This document shows, one piece after another, positions 59,273 through 64,000 of a stretch of 64,000 bases of DNA. Each line of letters starts with the position of its first letter. Positions within the stretch are counted from its first letter, which is position 1. The notes under the pieces are model-generated. The model had not been told where the DNA came from and searched no databases. It saw only the letters and a program-made list of their open reading frames with translations. Where the stretch lies: NCBI GenBank assembly GCA_029762535.1, contig JARVGK010000005.1:1-64000 (forward strand). The letters run 5' to 3'. Source of the DNA: Thermoplasmatota archaeon. GTDB taxonomy: Archaea; Thermoplasmatota; Penumbrarchaeia; Penumbrarchaeales; Penumbrarchaeaceae. A program made the position numbers and the translations under genes.

Positions 59273-62200
59273 GTGATCGCCATGAAGCATCGTTTTGATA
59301 GAGAAAGGGCATATATTTTTGCTTTGATGTTCGTAGTATCCTCATCATTCATATTGATCGGGGATGATACAGTAATGGTAACGGGTGAATCGCTATCATT
59401 ATATGGGCATGTGAGAGCTGATAACAATGAGATTTGGGCACTTTCAGGTGATGAGAACATAGAGGCATCGGCCGGTTTGTCATTTATCGGAGAGAGCATG
59501 ACCGGACCAGGAGGAAGGCTCGGAAGTTATCTTTGGTCTGGAGATCTGAATGGTGATGGTTATGATGACATAGCAATGTCAGCCCCCCATCTTGAAGGAG
59601 CGCTTAGCGTTAGAGAAGGGGGATTGCTCTATATATTCTACGGATCGAAAGAGTTACAAAATGGAGTTGTGGATATAGAAACAGCCGTTCCGGATATCGT
59701 TATCAGAGGAGGGGCCGAGGATTCGAAGCTTTTGACATCGTTTGCCGTTGGAGACATCGACAACGACGGCAACTTCGATCTCGTTTTGGGTATACCTTCC
59801 CAGCCTTCATGCGGCAGACTTTACATTCTCTGGGGTGACGGCAATTGGAGCGGGGAGATCGATCTCTTCGATCCAGGCAAACTCAATCCCAACGGGGATC
59901 CTTATGGTTTCATTCGAGATGATGATCATTTGATACTGGCTGGTCACATCGCACCGGTCCCTTGGCCCGAATCGGATTATAAGATAGGCCAATCCGTTGT
60001 AGTTAGCGATCTTGACGGGGATTCGTACGATGATGTGGTCTTCAGCGCTCCGGGATGGAACAAGGTCAATATTATGTGGGGAGGGCCGAACAGATTTCAG
60101 CTTGGAGATGAGATGACCATAATTCAAGACGACCAGAACAGTGGCCTCTTCGGGCAGAGCGTGATCTCTCTCGATATGAATGGAAATCAAATGCCAGACC
60201 TGGCTATTAGCGGACCGCTGAGAAACCATCCGACAACACTATATCAGCAGACGGGCACTGTAATGGTGATTTTCGATGCGGGGGATCTCAGAGGAACTGT
60301 TAATATCAACGTCGAGGACACGGTAAGGCCGTTCATATATGGAAACGATCCAAATGATAATTTTGGCAGGGTGATACTGTCAAAGGACATCAACCATGAC
60401 GGGCGTGATGATCTTATAGTTGGCGCACCTTACAGTGATGGACCGGACGACACGAGGTACAACTCGGGCTCCATACACATATATTTTGGAGGACAGATAA
60501 ACCAATTTCCAGTGATTATGGATTCTGAAACCGGGGCAGACGTCATAATATACGGAGCAACGAAAGAAGGGCCTACATATCCAGGTGACAGATTGGGGAC
60601 AGTATTCGAATTGGGTGATATCAACTCCGACGGTGAACACGGTTTGATTATTGGATATCCAGACGTTTCGGTCCAGGATGCCGAGAAGGCCGGAATGGTG
60701 GCCTATTATACATATCAACAAGTGTTCTCATCCCCTCCTCGTTCGATAGATCTCAAGGATATTGATCCGACATTCAGGATATTCGGGATAGACATGCAGG
60801 ATAGGCTGGGATATTCCCTTTGCATCGCTGACATGGATGGGGACGGCGCTCATGAGTTGATCATAGGTTCTCCGGCCTCGGATGGTATTGAGAATACCAG
60901 GCCTTCCTGTGGTGAGGTCCATATTATTAGAGGGTCCAAAGTAGGAATCGACTCGCTGACATTATCCGGTATGGGGACACAGGACGGTTTTGTCCTGTGC
61001 GGTAAAGGCGATACGACGATAACCGTGGGATATTCCCATTCGGAAGATAACGACCTATTGTTATCCATGGATGTGGAATTGCAGGATCTTGGGATAAAAA
61101 TGACCATTCCTTTAGCTACTGGTGAATATCCAATAATTGATACACCCTATGAGATGATAAAACCCGTAAGCAAGGTGATCGTATCGAAAACGACCAATGG
61201 TGCACAGGCATCGGCGGTGATCGAATTCACATGGTCCTTTCCTTCTGGGGAATACGATGTGAAGATTATTGTATCCTCATCAAAATGGAATTATTCCAGA
61301 TTGTTTTCCAAAGCCATATTATCAGAGGATGTTCTAATATTTTTGGAGAACTATGAACTATTCAGGAACGGTCAAAGAACCGTACATGGTTCCGAATGGT
61401 TTGGACCGGATGATAGAATCGATATCAATGGACTATCGCTTTATTATGATACTGTACCTCCTATTGAGGTCATAGATGGTCCTTTCGAAATAAGCCTTTT
61501 GGTGAACGCAATATCGATCCATACTCAGGAATATGTACCCGACATGAGTTTGAATTTTACCATCACCGACGAAGATAGTATCATACTTACCGTAAAGGCC
61601 TCTCCTATCATCGGGATATTTCCCACAGGTATCCCATCGGAATTCATTCCTTTTATATCGGGGCAAATCGTGTTAGAGCTTCATATTGACCAAACCCCTC
61701 CCGATATCCCATCGAACCTAGTTCTCGATCCTGGAACTTTTGGACATGAGGATTACGGAACTGAAGGTGAATGGGAGATCAGATGGGATGATGGCAGGAC
61801 CAACGGAGGTGATGCAGGATCAGGAATATGGGCCTATGAGGTAGGTATCAAGGAGGAGGTAAAGATAGCCATGCATCCTGGAGGTCTGCTTGGGACATAC
61901 TACAACGACGATCGTTTCATCGAGGAAGGCCTATCAATCGTGGATGAACAGATCGACTTCAACTGGGGCAATTACCCGCCTAAACCCGAGATCATTCCAT
62001 TGGGTTTCTCTATAAGATGGCATGGGTGGTTAATGCCGGACCAGAATATCAAGACGAGGTTCACGATATGGGGAAAAGGTGGGAACTCCCTTCTGATCTT
62101 TGACGATCAGAGGCTGTTGGAATGGAACGATGTCGAGTTCAGAAGGAGTTCAGGCTACGTGGACCTAGTCGGCGGAGAGATCTATTATATCGAACTGTAC

Positions 62201-63610
62201 TTTCGACAGAAAGGGGATCTTGAAAACTCTCTTTTTCTAAGATGGGACGACGAGAGCGGTAATTCCGTTGAGATATCATCGAGTTCCATGTATTATCCAT
62301 CAAACACTTCATCAATAGATATCGAGTCCTCCATATCGGAGATCTTCAACGTTTCCGTCAAGGCGATAGATTGGGTAGGTTCGATCTCTGGCCCGGCCTT
62401 TTCTCAAGGGATCATTGATCTCGATCAACCAGTTATCGATCTTACAAGATATTCAAGTTGGTACAACTCATCAAGGGTCGAAGTACATTTTGCGCTATTC
62501 GACCCTACGATTATGGGAATGGAGGGTTCAGGAATAGATGGGGATAGCATATCATACAGATTGATGCACGAAACAGAAACGGAATATTCCCCCCCTTACA
62601 AAGAAGAGATATGGTTGAAATATGGGGATTCTCTTTCCTTTGTCGATGTGATGATGAGGCTTGAGTTGGATGGAACGTGGAAGGGATCTTTACAGATATT
62701 CGCATCGGACAGGGTAGGGAATACCGTACAATCATCCTCACTCAGCTTAGGTGTTGACATGATCGCTCCTCAGTTCGACATGGTCCAACCTTCCACCTTC
62801 ATAATCCACAATACAGCTGACCTATCTTTTGCTCTCAGGGTCGAGGATATTCAAGGTTCCGGTGTCAATGGGGAGACAATTGCATACCGAACGAGGATGA
62901 ACGACACCGACTGGTCAGGTTGGATGGATATTGGCCGTGAAACAGCATCAGAGCAGTTGATGATCGAATTCACTCACAAGTTATCAGAAGGTACGAATTT
63001 CATACAGTTCATGGCCGAGGATATTGTAGGCAATATGGGAATATCACGAGAATATGAGCTTAGGGTCAAGGTGCCGACAGTGAACAATCCTCCCACCCCC
63101 CTGATATCAAGCCCGATCAACGGAACAAGCTATTCTGAGGGGCATCCAGTAATACTGGATGCATCTGGTTCCACTGATGATGGTATCGGTTTATTTCCTG
63201 AATTGAGGTTCACATGGTCCTCGAACAGGACTGGATTATTAGGTACCGGTAAGGTGATCTCCATTAACATCCTTACAACAGGCTGGCACAGGATCACGCT
63301 TTTCGTCGATGATGGTTCTCCAGGGAATAACGTATCTGACCATGTTGATATATACATAAGGAGGGCTGTGAACCCCAACGGTACGGTCAACCCAGAACCA
63401 AATGCGACGGATGAGGCATATCGAACTATACTTGTGATATCAGCTTTGGCAGTTGTGATCATCGTCATTATCGTATTCATAATCCTATTCGTAAAGAGAT
63501 ATGGTAATGAGAGGGGTGCCGAGATTAGAATAGATTATAAAGAAGAAACAGATGACGATATCGATTACATGATAAAGAGCAGATATGATGAATTCGATTC
63601 AGAAGAGTGA
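59273..63610 (+). CDS. Large surface protein: FG-GAP propeller, PA14, Ig-like and PKD domains, C-terminal TM
   Basis: About seven GD.NGDG.DD...AP repeats; GLLGTYYN..IDFNWG..FSIRWHG (PA14); LDASGSTDD..FTWSS (PKD); TM helix and acidic tail. Confidence 0.88.
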   Translation: MIAMKHRFDRERAYIFALMFVVSSSFILIGDDTVMVTGESLSLYGHVRADNNEIWALSGDENIEASAGLSFIGESMTGPGGRLGSYLWSGDLNGDGYDDIAMSAPHLEGALSVREGGLLYIFYGSKELQNGVVDIETAVPDIVIRGGAEDSKLLTSFAVGDIDNDGNFDLVLGIPSQPSCGRLYILWGDGNWSGEIDLFDPGKLNPNGDPYGFIRDDDHLILAGHIAPVPWPESDYKIGQSVVVSDLDGDSYDDVVFSAPGWNKVNIMWGGPNRFQLGDEMTIIQDDQNSGLFGQSVISLDMNGNQMPDLAISGPLRNHPTTLYQQTGTVMVIFDAGDLRGTVNINVEDTVRPFIYGNDPNDNFGRVILSKDINHDGRDDLIVGAPYSDGPDDTRYNSGSIHIYFGGQINQFPVIMDSETGADVIIYGATKEGPTYPGDRLGTVFELGDINSDGEHGLIIGYPDVSVQDAEKAGMVAYYTYQQVFSSPPRSIDLKDIDPTFRIFGIDMQDRLGYSLCIADMDGDGAHELIIGSPASDGIENTRPSCGEVHIIRGSKVGIDSLTLSGMGTQDGFVLCGKGDTTITVGYSHSEDNDLLLSMDVELQDLGIKMTIPLATGEYPIIDTPYEMIKPVSKVIVSKTTNGAQASAVIEFTWSFPSGEYDVKIIVSSSKWNYSRLFSKAILSEDVLIFLENYELFRNGQRTVHGSEWFGPDDRIDINGLSLYYDTVPPIEVIDGPFEISLLVNAISIHTQEYVPDMSLNFTITDEDSIILTVKASPIIGIFPTGIPSEFIPFISGQIVLELHIDQTPPDIPSNLVLDPGTFGHEDYGTEGEWEIRWDDGRTNGGDAGSGIWAYEVGIKEEVKIAMHPGGLLGTYYNDDRFIEEGLSIVDEQIDFNWGNYPPKPEIIPLGFSIRWHGWLMPDQNIKTRFTIWGKGGNSLLIFDDQRLLEWNDVEFRRSSGYVDLVGGEIYYIELYFRQKGDLENSLFLRWDDESGNSVEISSSSMYYPSNTSSIDIESSISEIFNVSVKAIDWVGSISGPAFSQGIIDLDQPVIDLTRYSSWYNSSRVEVHFALFDPTIMGMEGSGIDGDSISYRLMHETETEYSPPYKEEIWLKYGDSLSFVDVMMRLELDGTWKGSLQIFASDRVGNTVQSSSLSLGVDMIAPQFDMVQPSTFIIHNTADLSFALRVEDIQGSGVNGETIAYRTRMNDTDWSGWMDIGRETASEQLMIEFTHKLSEGTNFIQFMAEDIVGNMGISREYELRVKVPTVNNPPTPLISSPINGTSYSEGHPVILDASGSTDDGIGLFPELRFTWSSNRTGLLGTGKVISINILTTGWHRITLFVDDGSPGNNVSDHVDIYIRRAVNPNGTVNPEPNATDEAYRTILVISALAVVIIVIIVFIILFVKRYGNERGAEIRIDYKEETDDDIDYMIKSRYDEFDSEE

Positions 63611-63624
63611 ATAATCATCAACAC

Positions 63625-64000
63625 TTACCAATCAAGCCATCTGCATGTCCGATCTATCCCTTCCTCGAAAGAGAAGAGGGGGCTATATCCGAGTTTGTCG
63701 CATATCCTGGAATGATCCATATGCCAGATATCAGAGGTCAACGCCCGATATTTGTTCATTGATAGAGGAGGTGGTCCATTTATAAGAGTTCCGAAGATCT
63801 CAGAGGTTCTGCAAAGAAGGTAGAAAGCAGATTTTGGGATACTTACATATCCCTTTTTCACTCCTATCCTTCTTGATATCGAATCAACAGCAAATCTCAG
63901 GGTATAAGGTCCTTCGTTGACATGGAATATGTTGGATATTTCGTTTTTCTCCAAGGCCAGGATAAGAGCGTGGGACAAATTGCCTACATAAAGCATGTTG
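63625..64000 (-). CDS. NAD-dependent epimerase/dehydratase family, C-terminal part only
   Basis: YVGNL..AL..AL, D.SRI...LGYSP..SFEEGI.RT..W; truncated by the window edge. Confidence 0.75.
   Translation of the reverse strand, partial: NMLYVGNLSHALILALEKNEISNIFHVNEGPYTLRFAVDSISRRIGVKKGYVSIPKSAFYLLCRTSEIFGTLINGPPPLSMNKYRALTSDIWHMDHSRICDKLGYSPLFSFEEGIDRTCRWLDW

Overview
Archaeal chromosomal window, most consistent with an uncultured Thermoplasmatota lineage. Archaeal markers: archaeal-type ThrRS, Pus10-eL21-Rpo4-DUF655 cluster, IPK/type-2 IDI, SepF-ZPR1 and Cdc6/Orc1. It also carries a DUF835 domain and several large PKD/Kelch/FG-GAP surface proteins. Most of the window is housekeeping, with many tRNA-modification genes (pus10, ttuA-like, queDCE, trm5). 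No integrase, transposase or CRISPR array was seen. Main oddities: (1) a bacterial-type DnaA AAA+ module with a coiled-coil N-terminus and no DNA-binding domain IV, in a window that also encodes Cdc6; (2) a diverged MiaA-like prenyltransferase, although archaea generally lack i6A37; (3) a HerA/DUF87-DUF835-SAP-coiled-coil-wHTH fusion divergent from a long coiled-coil protein; (4) a tandem-RHH (CdrS-like) gene with a perfect palindrome upstream, followed by a diadenylate-cyclase-domain gene; (5) a hairpin-dense array behind tRNA-Leu(TAA) with two extra tRNA 3' ends and complementary loops; (6) a receiver-hemerythrin protein with a zinc ribbon inserted in the bundle. All calls come from reading motifs by eye; no searches were run.
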